From positions 48,548,001 through 48,612,000 of the forward strand of contig NC_087447.1 in the NCBI RefSeq assembly GCF_036321535.1: DNA of 64,000 nt, in the 5' to 3' direction. Positions 12,858 to 24,631 of this stretch are shown in pieces. Made by a program: the position numbers and the translations under genes. This DNA is from Camelus dromedarius. Lineage: Eukaryota. The notes beneath the pieces are model-generated. The model was not told the origin of the DNA, ran no database searches, and saw nothing but the letters and a program-made list of their open reading frames with translations. Within the stretch, counting starts at the first letter, position 1. Every line of letters begins with the position of its first letter.

Positions 12858-13986
12858 GTATCAGTCTGGGACAATCAGGAGACAGAGACCACACAGTAAT
12901 TTAAACAGGAATAGTTTAGTATAAATATTTATTAACTATAAACAGGGGATTGGAGTTATGAGGAATTGGCTAGCAAGAAGTAAAGAGAACTAAAGAATTA
13001 TAGGGTTAGTAAACTTGATTTTGGGAATCATGTCACAATGTATATGTGTATCAAATCATTACATTGTACACTGTAAATATGTTACAGTTTTATTTATCAG
13101 TTATATCTCAGTAAAGCTGGGGGAAAAATTCAAAAACAGAGAGAAGGAAAGATTAGGAATAGCAGGTGTAAGAAGCAGCCACTTCTTATATCCCCTCAGA
13201 CTGAGACAGAACCTGAGTGGAAGAGGTTGAGGTCTAGACCTTGTTGGAGAGGGCACAGTGGTGGCTTACTGAAGGCAGAGAAGTCACTTTGATGCTACAT
13301 TGGCAGAACTTGCCAGAAATCTGCCCTTTAGGGTACAGGGGAAGCTGTTCACAGGGAGATACCTCACTAGAGGCACTCTGCAACAAAAATGTTGGGGGTA
13401 GTTCCAGAGATCTGTTGTACAACATAAAACCTATAGTTAACAATAAGATACTGTATACTTAAAAGTTGGTAAGAGGGTAGATCTCATGTTAAGTATTTTT
13501 ACCACACATACACACACACAAAAGCAATGCAAGGAATCTTTTGGAGGTGATAAATATGTTTATTCCCTTGATCCTGGTGATGGTAGCAGGAGTGTATACA
13601 TATATCCAAACGTACCAAATTGTATACATTAATTATGCACCATTTTTTATATACCAGTTATACCTCAGTAAAGGTAAGGGGAAAAAAAGAGCATTGGGGG
13701 TAGGGGGATGGAGTGCTTGGAGAAGCCACCTGTGCTGCAGGAGTTGAGCGGGAACAGTGTGTGCTGCACATCCTGGGTGCTAGAGAAGCTACAGGAGCGT
13801 GTGGAGTAAACGTGAACCAGGAACAAAACCCTCTCTTTCTGCAGTGTCTCTCCTTTGCCCTCTACTAACACAGCTTAACATCATACCAGCTGGCAAAGGA
13901 AAAATATGTAAAGGCCTCATCCAGTTTTGCAGAACATGCGATGATGGGTGAATTAGAGCTAAAAGAGAATCAGTTGATAACTCACA
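12858..13986. mobile_element. Ancient LTR-like element (LTR78-like) interrupted by two L1 3' fragments
   Basis: Starts tgtatcagtctggg..caggagacagagaccacac; cagctggcaaagg motif near the end. Family assignment is from memory. Confidence 0.45.
13402..13693 (+). mobile_element. L1 3'UTR fragment
   Basis: L1MA/MB-type 3' end; TSD ttgggggtag at 13392-13401 and 13694-13703. Confidence 0.75.
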
Positions 13987-15720
13987 TAAAAAGTTAAAAT
14001 AAATTATTAAAACCAGCTGCAATAGATGATAATTACCAAGAATCGGAAAAGCAAACAAGTTGGATTCTTGCTGAAATAGTTGAAGCAATATAACATTTAT
14101 ATGATTTCTGAATTCTGTGTAACCAAAAATCTCAAAATGGGACCAGGGCAGTTAAGGTTTTCAAGTAGCACTGACTGCATGATTTTTGACTTTCATATCA
14201 ACTTCAGAACCTAAACCCTACATAAAATGCAACTCCACTGAAAGTGGAAGAGCCAAGATTTGAGCCCAGGGTACTTTGATACTCCTTTTTCTGTTATGTC
14301 TGTTACAGTTTTATTTATCAGTTATATCTCAGTAAAGCTGGGGAAAAATATTGCTTCTGTATTAATAAATATGATAGAATCCCCCTAGAAAGTGTCTATC
14401 AAAACTCTGGTACATCCAGTTACTGACTAGATAATCTTCCATAGCATCCTTTTATTTTACTCATTATATCTGTTACTAACCAAAAGTTTTAAGCTTAAAT
14501 TTAACTCCAAAGGAATATTAAACTATTCCTTGTTTTCACTTATAAAATTGGGTGGCTTCCTTATCTCCCATTCTGATTATCTGCAGATGGTACAACTACC
14601 CTCATATCTGTAATTGTTATATGAGATGTTTAAGATTAATTCCTGCAGAAGTAATTAATAACATTTACCTCTGCCATTCTGAATACTTGTGGAGACCATA
14701 TCTGAAAGGCTGTGTATCTACATTCACAACTGCTGTATTTGGCTGACTTTGTGTGAGTGCTTGAGGTATGTCGTGACACTCAGCAAGGCAGCACTGTCTT
14801 TTGAAGTTGACTGACTCAGCCACTCCCAAAAGAAGACAGTAGAGCCTGTGGTCTCTAGAAACACACCTTACTTACTTATTACTATAGTCAAGAAGGCCCA
14901 TAGGCAAATAAAAACCAAAGTGCCTGCTTTACCTCTCATTTTCAGAGCTTAAAGGTTTGACTCTGTTAAACTCATAATTAAAGACTAGAACAGAAGCCAA
15001 TAAAAATTTGTTCTGAACGTCTTTCTAGTTTCTCAGAACACTATACTTATATTTGTGTTTATACTTCAAACAGCTTTACCTGACAAATTGTAAGTAATTA
15101 ACATTTGTATAGCAATTTTCTCTTTTTCAAGTAGTTTCACATTCACTATCTCAGTTAATACTCAAAGCAATCCAGAATAATAACTGATATTCTTATCTTC
15201 ATTTTATAGATGTTGAAACTCTGAGAGATTAAGTAGCTAATCCAAGTCCACATAGTAAAAAATAATCTGGGCTTGCAATTCACCTTGTGAAGTCAAACTT
15301 CATTACATTATAATGCTTAATAAAATTATTTTCCTGTTTTATAGATGGGGAAACTGAGGCATAGGGCAGTTAAATGACTTGTCCAGAGTTTCAAGCTTAG
15401 GTTAAAATAAAGGTATATGTTTATGTACTTGTATTAAACATGTGAAACAGTGAAAGTGTGATGTAAAGGAAAATCAGAAAATTTTGGTTCTTAGTCCTTA
15501 AACTGACATTTATCAGAGGAGCTAGATGTGTGGCTTGTGTGTAGGAACTGGGGGTGGGGCGGGTGTTAGGAGGTTTACATACGTACATTAGCAAAGTAGT
15601 CCAGTAGACCTTTACAGTCCTAGGACTATTAGTTACAGACTGAAGTAGAGAGTTAGGGAAGAAGACTATTTTTTCTTAATTGTCAGAGAACATTCCTTGC
15701 TTTTTTCCCCTTCTTTGCAG

Positions 15721-15875
15721 AGATGTCGGCAATGTGGTTGAAGCCATGTATGGGGACCTCCCTCCTCCAATTATGCTGATTGGACATAGCATGGGCGGTG
15801 CTATTGCAGTCCATACAGCATCATCCAGTCTGGTGCCAAGCCTCCTGGGTCTGTGCATGATTGATGTTGTGGAAG
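15721..15875 (+). CDS. PPME1: PPME1 exon 6 (DVGNVVEAMYGDLPPPIMLIGHSMGGAIAVHTASSSLVPSLLGLCMIDVVE(G)); catalytic Ser codon at 15788-15790
   Basis: ttgcAG acceptor, GTAAGT donor, GHSMGG nucleophile elbow; visible in ORF 15680..15889. Confidence 0.97.
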
Positions 15876-16039
15876 GTAAGTTTTCTTAATAATGACTAAG
15901 TCAAAATCTTTGACTTATGAGAGACATAAGTGGTAGATTATTATCTTATTTTTATTTATTATTGACTTCTCTCATCTTGAAGTATCTCCCTCTTTTATAT
16001 TTTTTTAGTGTTATTTTGTGGCAAAGGCATCCCAAAATT

Positions 16040-16330
16040 TTTTTTGAGATATAATTGACAAATAACTTTGCATTAGTTTCAGGTATACAACATAATGATT
16101 CAATCCCAATATATGTATATATTGTGAAGTGATCATCACCACACTATGTCTAGTTAACATCCATCACCACACAGTTACGATTTTTTTCTTGTGATAAAAA
16201 CTCTTAAGATCTGTTCTCTTAACAACTTTAAAATATACAATACAGTATTATTAATTATAGTCACTATGCTGTACATTAACTGGAAGTTTGTACTTTTGAC
16301 ACCTTCACCCATTTGCCCACACCCCACATT
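16040..16330 (-). mobile_element. L1 3'UTR fragment (antisense)
   Basis: T-tail, then gatataattgaca ... tagtttcaggtatacaacataatgattc. Confidence 0.7.
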
Positions 16331-16720
16331 TACATGTCATCAAAAATCTTCATAAACATCTTTTATGGCTGCATAATATGTCAATTGTATGTATGTTGCA
16401 TAATTTTATTTAACATTTAAAAAGAAGCTGCTGTGTCTTTTATGACCCAGCCTCTGAAGGCACACTATTGCTTACACAAGTCAGCCCTATTCAGTGTGGA
16501 GGGGCTACTGAATACCAGGGGGCAGAAACCACTGGAGGCCATCTTGGAAGCTGGCTATCACATTAGCCTTCTGAATTTTCTTAAACTGCTTCTTTTTTCC
16601 CCTAAACATCACTTAATTCTGCTGTCATTGAGGAGGATATATATATATAGTTGACTCAAAAAGTTTAAATGCTCAGAATATGTTAAGTGCTGTGGTTAAA
16701 ATATTTTGTTTAACATCTAG

Positions 16721-16811
16721 GTACAGCCATGGATGCACTTAATAGCATGCAGAATTTCTTACGTGGTCGTCCTAAAACCTTCAAGTCTCTGGAGAATGCC
16801 ATTGAATGGAG
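16721..16811 (+). CDS. PPME1: PPME1 exon 7 (TAMDALNSMQNFLRGRPKTFKSLENAIEW(S))
   Basis: AG acceptor, GTAACC donor, frame continuity. Confidence 0.96.
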
Positions 16812-16836
16812 GTAACCCACAAATCTATATTGTCTA

Positions 16837-17033
16837 CATTTTATTTATTTATTTTTAATTTTTTAATTGTCATTGAAGTATAGTTGATTTACAATATTGT
16901 GTTAGTCTCTGGTGTACAGCATGGTGATCAGTTATACACACACACACATACAAACATGTATTCTTTTTCATTACAGGTTACTATAAGATAGTTGAATATA
17001 GTTCCTTGTGCTATACAGTAGGACTTTGTTGTT
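16837..17033 (-). mobile_element. Short young L1 3' end (antisense)
   Basis: attgaagtatagttgatttacaat motif; TSD tatattgtcta at 16826-16836 and 17034-17044. Confidence 0.8.
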
Positions 17034-18939
17034 TATATTGTCTATATATATATTTTTATTTTACATGTTAGATTGTAACTTTCCTTTTTCATCAGCTCAA
17101 GCACCATGTTGAAGGGAATAGTTCAGTTTCCACACCTTAGTTTTATTGTAATATCATGTATGGAAACATTTATATAAAGAGCAGATTTAAAAAAAAAATA
17201 CTTTAAATGTTTCAGACTAGGCTCAGTTGTCTAAAACCCATCCTTTTTCCAATACACTATAGTACTTCCTAGAATCTTAGTAATTACGGATCATCACTAT
17301 CTAGCTTTTCCTATCTCTAAGGTGGGACTTTGGATTAAATGAGGTTGTGAGGCCTTTTCTACCTCTGATGCTCCATGGTTCTAGATTCACTTTCTGTATT
17401 CCAGAGAAGATAGGGAAACGAATGTAGGTTCCCTTCTCAGTTTTCATTTGGGTTTTGTGTAAATAAAAACCCTTTGGCTAAATGGTTCTCATAAAAATTA
17501 CTAACAGAGTTGGCTACGGGTTCTACTTAAGTAAAGGCTGTTCAGTTATCATTTGTTAATTCAATCAATTATTTGATTATTTATTAAACACGTATTTCTA
17601 TTTATTAAACACTTTGTGCTAAAGGGCGAAAATTCAGAGATGAGAAAACACTGTCCCACCCTCAAGGAGATCAGTCTTGAGATAAAATATCCTCATTATC
17701 CTGTCTTCCTACCTATTCCTCAAAGTCCATCTCCAGTTCCTTCTGTAGAACCCTTGCTATAACTCCTCCAAACCACTCAGGTCACTCCCTCAGCAAAATT
17801 GCTGAAGACCTTTAAGTCTGTATTGCATTGTACTGTTTACCCCTTAAGGCTTCTAATCTGCCTTTAAGGCACATGCTTGTATTGTTAATTTTCATTTTTG
17901 TCTTAGTGCCCTTCCTGCATCATAAGGTCAGAAGCTATTCTCTATTTCTTTTGTACTTTCATACAGCATATAGCATATTGCTGGCTGCTCTGGCAGGCAG
18001 AACATATCTATTTACTGAATCAGAGATAGCAAGTGGAAATTAAGGGCCTGGTAAAATATGTCCTAGGGATTCTTCCTAGGACAGAGGATCTTGTGCTAAA
18101 TATGGCTTGCCAGAATGGTGTTTGTGTTTGGTACTGTTGTTTCTGCCTCCCCTTGTTCATTGCTGTGATGCAGGATTCCTGTTCTCTTGAAAACACCAAA
18201 GATCCCTCCATCTTAAGCAGCCACACTGAGAATGCAATTGCTGCCAGCTCAACACGTACCTCGAGCACTCTGCCTGCTTCCCCAGTAACAACTAGTGAGA
18301 AAATTATTCCAAATAACTTTTACACTTTATTCAGTAAATATTTTTTATAGTACCTAAGATGTTTCAGTACCTGACCTAAGAACTGGGGATGAATCAGGCT
18401 TAATTCCTGTCATGAAAAAATGGGAATGCATACAAGTAAATACATAAACACAACACAATGAAGGAAGTACAGAAGGTACAGAAGATAGGCACCCAAACCA
18501 GCTTGGGCATCATGGTGAACCTTCTCTTAAGGAGAGATAGAGTCTTGATTCTAGTGCCAGATGTAGGATAGGATAAGTGTTCTGTTTGTTGAATATTAAA
18601 ATGTTATGTGTTCTTTGAGAGCCACTGATTTTTAGATACTTTCTAAGCCTAAGAATCAGAAAGAGTACTATGAATTTTTGGTAATTTTGTTTTGTGTTTG
18701 CTGGATATCTGAATTGAGTTTATGACTCATGGCCATTTTGGTTATTCCAGATACTTTTTTTTTAAAGATGTTGAAACACAAGCCCAATCTGTTTAATTTA
18801 TTAAAGATTTAAAGCAAAATGAATTTCTGCTTTTGCTGTCTTTGTCATCCAAATGAGAGGCAATAGGGTATAGTTATTAAGAGCCTGGGCTTCGAAGTTA
18901 GATATAGATTTGCATCTTGGTTCCACCACCTGGCTGCTC

Positions 18940-20140
18940 TGAGGAAAACAGAATAGGGGAAGGAGTAGGGAGTAGGGTTGATAACCAAAGTGGGAAATTG
19001 GTTCGGAAACTATTGTAGTAGTATAAGAGAGTAATGATGGTAAGCTGGGTTATCATGGCAACAGAGGAAGTTATATGGTCATATCTGGAATGTATTTTGA
19101 AGGTAGAGCTGACAGGACTGCCTTATGGATTGTGTGTTGGGTGAGAGGTTAGGGGGAAGTGCAGCATTCAAGGATGACTTCTAGGTTTTTAGCCCAAGCA
19201 ATTGGTGAATGATAGAGACAAAGAGCAATAGATTTGAGAGCAAGCAAGGGCTAGGGAATCAGGATTTTTGTTTGGATCAGCTGAAATGCTTATTGTACAT
19301 CTAAATGGAAACGTTAAGTAGGCACTAGTTAAAAGAGATTCAACTAGAGATAAATTGGAGACTCATCATCACATAGATAGTATTCAAAGCCAAAAGATTT
19401 AATGTAGTCATCTAGTTGACAGAAAAATATCCAAGAACTGAGCCTTGGGATACTCTACAATATTTAGAGCTTGAGAAAGAAAGGAAGATCCAACAAAAGA
19501 CACTGACAAGACACAGTTGGTGAAATGGAAGGAAAGCCAAGAAAGCACAGCAAGTGTTTATAGAAGGAGGGAGAGAGGATTTATGGTGCTGAGAGATTGA
19601 GTAAGACTAAGAAATGACCATTAGAATTCATATGATGGAGGTGATGTTGACAAAGGAAATCTCAGAAAGTAAGTAGGAGATAGAAACCTGATAGGAGTTG
19701 GGGATAATGGCTGAGGAAAGGGTCAGAGGGAACAAAGTGGAAAAAGCAAGTAAGATAACTTTTTTGAAAAGCTTTGTAGTATAGGAGAGCAGAGAAATGG
19801 GGTGGTATCTAGTAAGGAATGTGGGATTGAAAATGTTTTTAAAAGCTAGAGAATATTTTTAAAGGATGTTTTATAATATCCACTAGAGAAAAAATGATGA
19901 CACAGGAAAGAAACAGGGTAAGTAAAGGAAACAAGGTGTACATAAGCAAGAGCGGATAGGAACCAGTATTCAATGTTGGCCTTGTATAGAAACAGAGATA
20001 TTTCATATATTAAACAGTCTTCAAGGCAGAGTGTATGATTATAAATACTGGTGGATTTGTAGATTCAGTTGGTGGTAGAAAAATGAGGTAGTAGTTCTGA
20101 TTGCTTCTGCTTATTATTAAAATAAGAAACAAGGTCATTA
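18940..20140 (-). mobile_element. L2 LINE fragment
   Basis: Degenerate L2 motifs (tattttgaaggtagagctgacaggac; aaggatgacttctaggtttttagcc). Confidence 0.6.
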
Positions 20141-20952
20141 TCTAAGGGGGGGAACACCTTAAAATTGTATGTGATGTTTAAAGCTAAAAAATGAGATTTA
20201 AAGAAATGTGTTCTGATGTCCTGCTTCAAGTGGTATTTCTAGTTCCCCCCGGGACAGGCAGTCATTTTGCTTGGCCCTTAACCAACTCTGAGAAAACTAA
20301 TCTATTTAGAGTCTAAGCTCCTAAGCTCTATATGATAGTCTACAAGACCCTCCAGGAGTTGGCCCTGCCTGCCTATTATCCTAGTCTGTCACACTCCTCC
20401 TTTACTCTCTCTCCTCTGCTTCTTCTTGCAGTCTGCCATCGAAAATCATCATCTTGCTGACTTTTTCACATCACTGTGCCTTAGTTCACGATGTTCCTTC
20501 TGCCTATTAATATTCTGACCTCCCTCTTTTATGTTCCACTTAACTTCTTAAGTCCTTATAGGCAGGATACTTGGGAAGCTTTCTCTAACTCACTTAGAAT
20601 AAAGTGATTTCTTTGAATCTTGCCATATTATATTAAAATTATTTGTTTGTGTTTCTTTCTCCTCACTGAATTACGTGCTTCTTGAATGCAGGGCTGGCAC
20701 TTAGTATCCTCTTAGTAAATATTTGCAGAACTGAAATGGCTTCAATGCCTTTACTTAATTTTCACTGCTTGGCTTATAGCTGTAATAATAACCAAGAGGG
20801 AAGATATGGCACTCTCGATAGTAAGCTATATTGGTAACCATAACTTTTTAGTAGATCCTGCAGAATCTGCAGAATTACTGATTTGACTCTGGTGACATGA
20901 TAAGATAGATGCTGAATAACCTCTTCTCTCCCATCTCACTTTTCTTTTCTAG

Positions 20953-21018
20953 TGTGAAGAGTGGCCAGATTCGAAATCTGGAGTCTGCCCGTGTCTCAAT
21001 GGTTGGCCAAGTCAAACA
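20953..21018 (+). CDS. PPME1: PPME1 exon 8 (VKSGQIRNLESARVSMVGQVK(Q))
   Basis: ttctAG acceptor, GTAGGT donor, frame continuity. Confidence 0.96.
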
Positions 21019-21186
21019 GTAGGTCTTATTTTTCCCTTTTGGGCAGGTTAGAAGCTGAAACATGGTAAGGGAATTACAGATTGCCTTTTTTGTCATACAC
21101 CTATCCTACCATCCTGGTGAATGTCTTCATTACTTTAGATAATTTTTATAAATGAGCTCAGTTGAGCCGGCTGTATAGATTTCTTT

Positions 21187-21200
21187 TCTCTCTCTCTCTC

Positions 21201-21243
<43 letters not shown>
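21187..21243. repeat. (TC)n microsatellite with one interruption
   Basis: Read directly from the sequence. Confidence 0.95.
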
Positions 21244-21249
<6 letters not shown>

Positions 21250-22233
21250 AAGAAATCCCAAAGCCAAATAATGTCTTCTATGTAATACTGGATTACCTTA
21301 TTAGGACAACTGTAGGTGTTAAAAGGTGAAGAATACCAGAGAATGGACATTAAGTGTTCACTCTATTGCTGGCACCTATGATTTCATTCTGGTAACAGTC
21401 TCCTTTTAAGCCAATCGTGGTTGTGAGGAATTTTTTGTGTAAGACCTTTGGCACAGCCTGAGTGAAAGCCAGATTCTAAGGGTGAGCTAAGATTATTCAG
21501 CCCAGTTGCTCCTCCTGGATAGGGTTCATGAGTCCTGGGTATTGCTGTGTAGTCACAAAATAAACTTTAGGTGAACTGGGAAAATGTTTCCCACCAGAAG
21601 AGACAGGAAGCACAAGAGTTGATGAAAATAATAACAGCATTATTGAATGCCTCCTATTTGCCAGGCACTGTGCGAGGTATTATATGTACACTGTGTAATT
21701 TTTAAAACCTTGTATAATGGAAATTGTTGAAGCATACAAAAGTAGAATAATATAATGAACCCCAATGTACCCATTGCTCATCTTCAGCAGTTACGAGCTC
21801 ATGGCCAGTCTTGTTTCATCTGTGCCCCTATTTATTTTCCCTAAGCACAAAATATTTTTAAACCTATTCCAGATAAACATAACTTCCTCTGTAAGATTTC
21901 CATATACTTTAAAAGGTAAGGACACTTTAAGTGCAATCACAATACCACTGTCACACCTAAAAAAATTAGCAATTGCTTAATATCATCAAATGTCTATTTA
22001 GTATTCACTTCTCTGTTTGTCTCATAAATTTTTTTGGTTCAAATCAGATTACAGTAGGGTAGATACATAGCAATTGATTGATAAATCTCTTCAGTATCTT
22101 TTAATCTATAAGTTCCATTTCTATCTCTCATTTTTTTTTTCCTGACAATTTATTTGTTAAGGAAACCTGGCTGCTTGCCCTATAGAATTTCCCACAATCT
22201 GGATTTGCTAATTGATTCCTCAAGGTGTAATTT

Positions 22234-22381
22234 TTTAAAAATAATTTTATGTATTTAATTTATTTTTTGTGGGGGGAGGTGATTAGGTTTACTTATTTAT
22301 TTTTAGAGGAGGTACTGGGGATTGAACCCAGGACCTTGTGTATGCTAAGCATGCACCCTACCACTTAAGCTATACCCTCCC
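22234..22381 (-). mobile_element. tRNA-derived SINE (vic-1-like, with 3' tail region), inserted in an old L1 fragment
   Basis: Reverse complement reads gggagggtatagcttaagtggtagggtgcatgcttagcat...ggttcaatccccagtacctcc. 17-bp TSD tcctcaaggt(g/a)taattt at 22217-22233 and 22382-22398. Confidence 0.88.
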
Positions 22382-24167
22382 TCCTCAAGGTATAATTTAA
22401 CATGTTTCTTTATTCCCTATACTTTCTGTAAATTGTTAGTTAGATCAGAAATTTGATCAAGTTCAGGTTTGTTTGTTATTTTGGTTTTTCATTTGTTTGC
22501 AAGAATAGGTGATATTTTGTACTGCCATCAGGAAGCACATAATGTCTGGTTGTCCTTTTTTTTAATGTTAGTATCCATTGATGATCATTACCTGGATTCA
22601 TTCATTCATTCATTTGCACTATCTCATTTAATCTATACAATACCTCTTCAAGATAAGTATTTTGTAGGAGAGGAAATGGAATATCAGAAAGATAAAGTGA
22701 CTTTCCCAGGATTACAAAGCTAATGAATGACAGAGCTCATATTCAAACTCCTGTGTATTTGACTTCAGGCCTATATTTTGGATTTTATGCCTAAAAGGGC
22801 AATTTGAGTAGTAATATCTGGCAGGCACAATGCAGAGGCTTTGAATAAGCTGTGAGACTGCTCACTTCAGTGCTTAAATATTTTGAGATCTGACTTCTCT
22901 AAGCATTGGTAAAGCATTTTGAAAGGAAGTTACATGGCTTATATGCAGGTAGTTCAACAATTTTTAAATTTTCACTTCACGTGGCGTTTTAATATGTAAA
23001 CCTGTGTATGTAAGGTTGTGTATTTTAATTGTCACATAGATATCAGCTGGAACCTTCCTGCCCTTCTTGATCTGGGTATAATTTTCTTGAGCCTCCCAAT
23101 CCAATGTTATGGAAATTCAAAGGCCCGTATTGTTTCTTTGTTACTTTAACCTAAATGTGAAACTTGACACCTCCTCAAGTTCCATAGAAAACACCCACTT
23201 AACAGAACATTTTTGAATATACACTTCACTGAAGGTTTGGTTGAGGAGACAGAGAAGGAGAAGTTACCATTCTTAAAAATCCACCACTGAAGTTTCACTG
23301 ACCTTTCAATTTTTCCCAGTCTCTTTATTCAATATTGCTCGCTCTCTCCTCTTCTCCCTTCTGTCTCCCTTTTCAAAGGCAAAATAACAAATTCTCTTAT
23401 CATGCAGAGTAGACCTTAGCACTAGCTGCTACCTAGCTAGGGTTTTGGGATTTTACCTTTAACACTTGTCAGTGTGTTTTTCCCAACAGATTCTCTTTAA
23501 AAAGAATTGTGGTACCAGCTATTCCTATAATAGTTTTTCTACCTAAATATATAATAAAGAGACACTATTTTTTAGAGGAAAAACAACAATAATTGGTTGG
23601 ATCAGATGTGCTGATCTCTAAGATTTCTCTGGTCCTAGTTATGGTTATTGTAATTGCCAGTTTCTGTCTGCTGATTAAAAGTAGGGGCCTTTTATCATTC
23701 TGTTTGAGCCTTGTACTGCCATAAGCAGAGTACAGTAGAGAAACACCATGCTTTAGGGTTAATTGGGCTGGATTTGCCTCTCAGCCTCATCCACTCCTGA
23801 GCTAAGTGATCCTTTCAGCTCTTCAGAGCTACTTTGTGGCAATGCTGTGAGGATTATATATAATAATGTCAAATAAAACTCCTGTCACCTTGCCTCAGGT
23901 AGTGGTTACTCTCTTCTGTAGGTCAGTATTGGTGCAAGAACTGGAAACCAGCCCTTAGAGTATAGTCAAACATTGGCCATGAACTTCCACACCCCTGGTC
24001 TACTTTTGTACATTTTTAAATGCACATTTTTTGCACCATCCTTTTCCCAGAAGTGTTATTAAGTTTTAACTAATATTTGATTATAAAAGGCCCTAAATAT
24101 CAGCATCTCTAAGGTAATTTGTATGCAGAAGAGAGGTATGTGATAGCACTTTTTTTTTTTAAACTAG

Positions 24168-24291
24168 GTGTGAAGGAATTATAAGTCCAGAAGGCTCAAA
24201 ATCTATAGTGGAAGGAATCATAGAGGAAGAAGAAGAAGATGAAGAAGGAAGTGAGTCAGTAAACAAGAGGAAAAAGGAAGATGACATGGAG
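24168..24291 (+). CDS. PPME1: PPME1 exon 9 (CEGIISPEGSKSIVEGIIEEEEEDEEGSESVNKRKKEDDME); acidic loop and KRKK NLS
   Basis: Poly-T tract and AG acceptor, GTGGGT donor, 124 nt in phase. Confidence 0.95.
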
Positions 24292-24631
24292 GTGGGTGAA
24301 AGCCTGTATTTTTGAAAGGATGGGGTAGGGAATGGTTCATCATGTGTAGGGTGGGAAAGGGAGGTAACATTGTTCTTTTTGTCCATCATTAGGTATTTTA
24401 GGGGACAAAGACATTATTATAATAGATACTTACATAAACTATAAGATATAAAGCACTTGTTGATAGCTCTGACAAATTGGAATATAAAACTTACAGAACT
24501 ACCCTCCCTCAGACTGCTCTCTCATCAGGTTCTTTCTCACCTCTGTACGTCTGTTACTTTGGTTTATCTCATAAGAATATCCCATTTCCTACCACTCTGT
24601 GCTAAGCCCACTCTGATCTTACCCATCTTTC

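Noticed and set aside
15897..15917. 9-bp inverted repeat after the exon 6 donor
   Set aside because: Short and AT-rich; expected by chance in 64 kb.
24251..24256. Internal GTGAGT in PPME1 exon 9 as an alternative donor
   Set aside because: Use would remove 41 nt and shift the frame; the codons (S-E-S) explain it; no further support.
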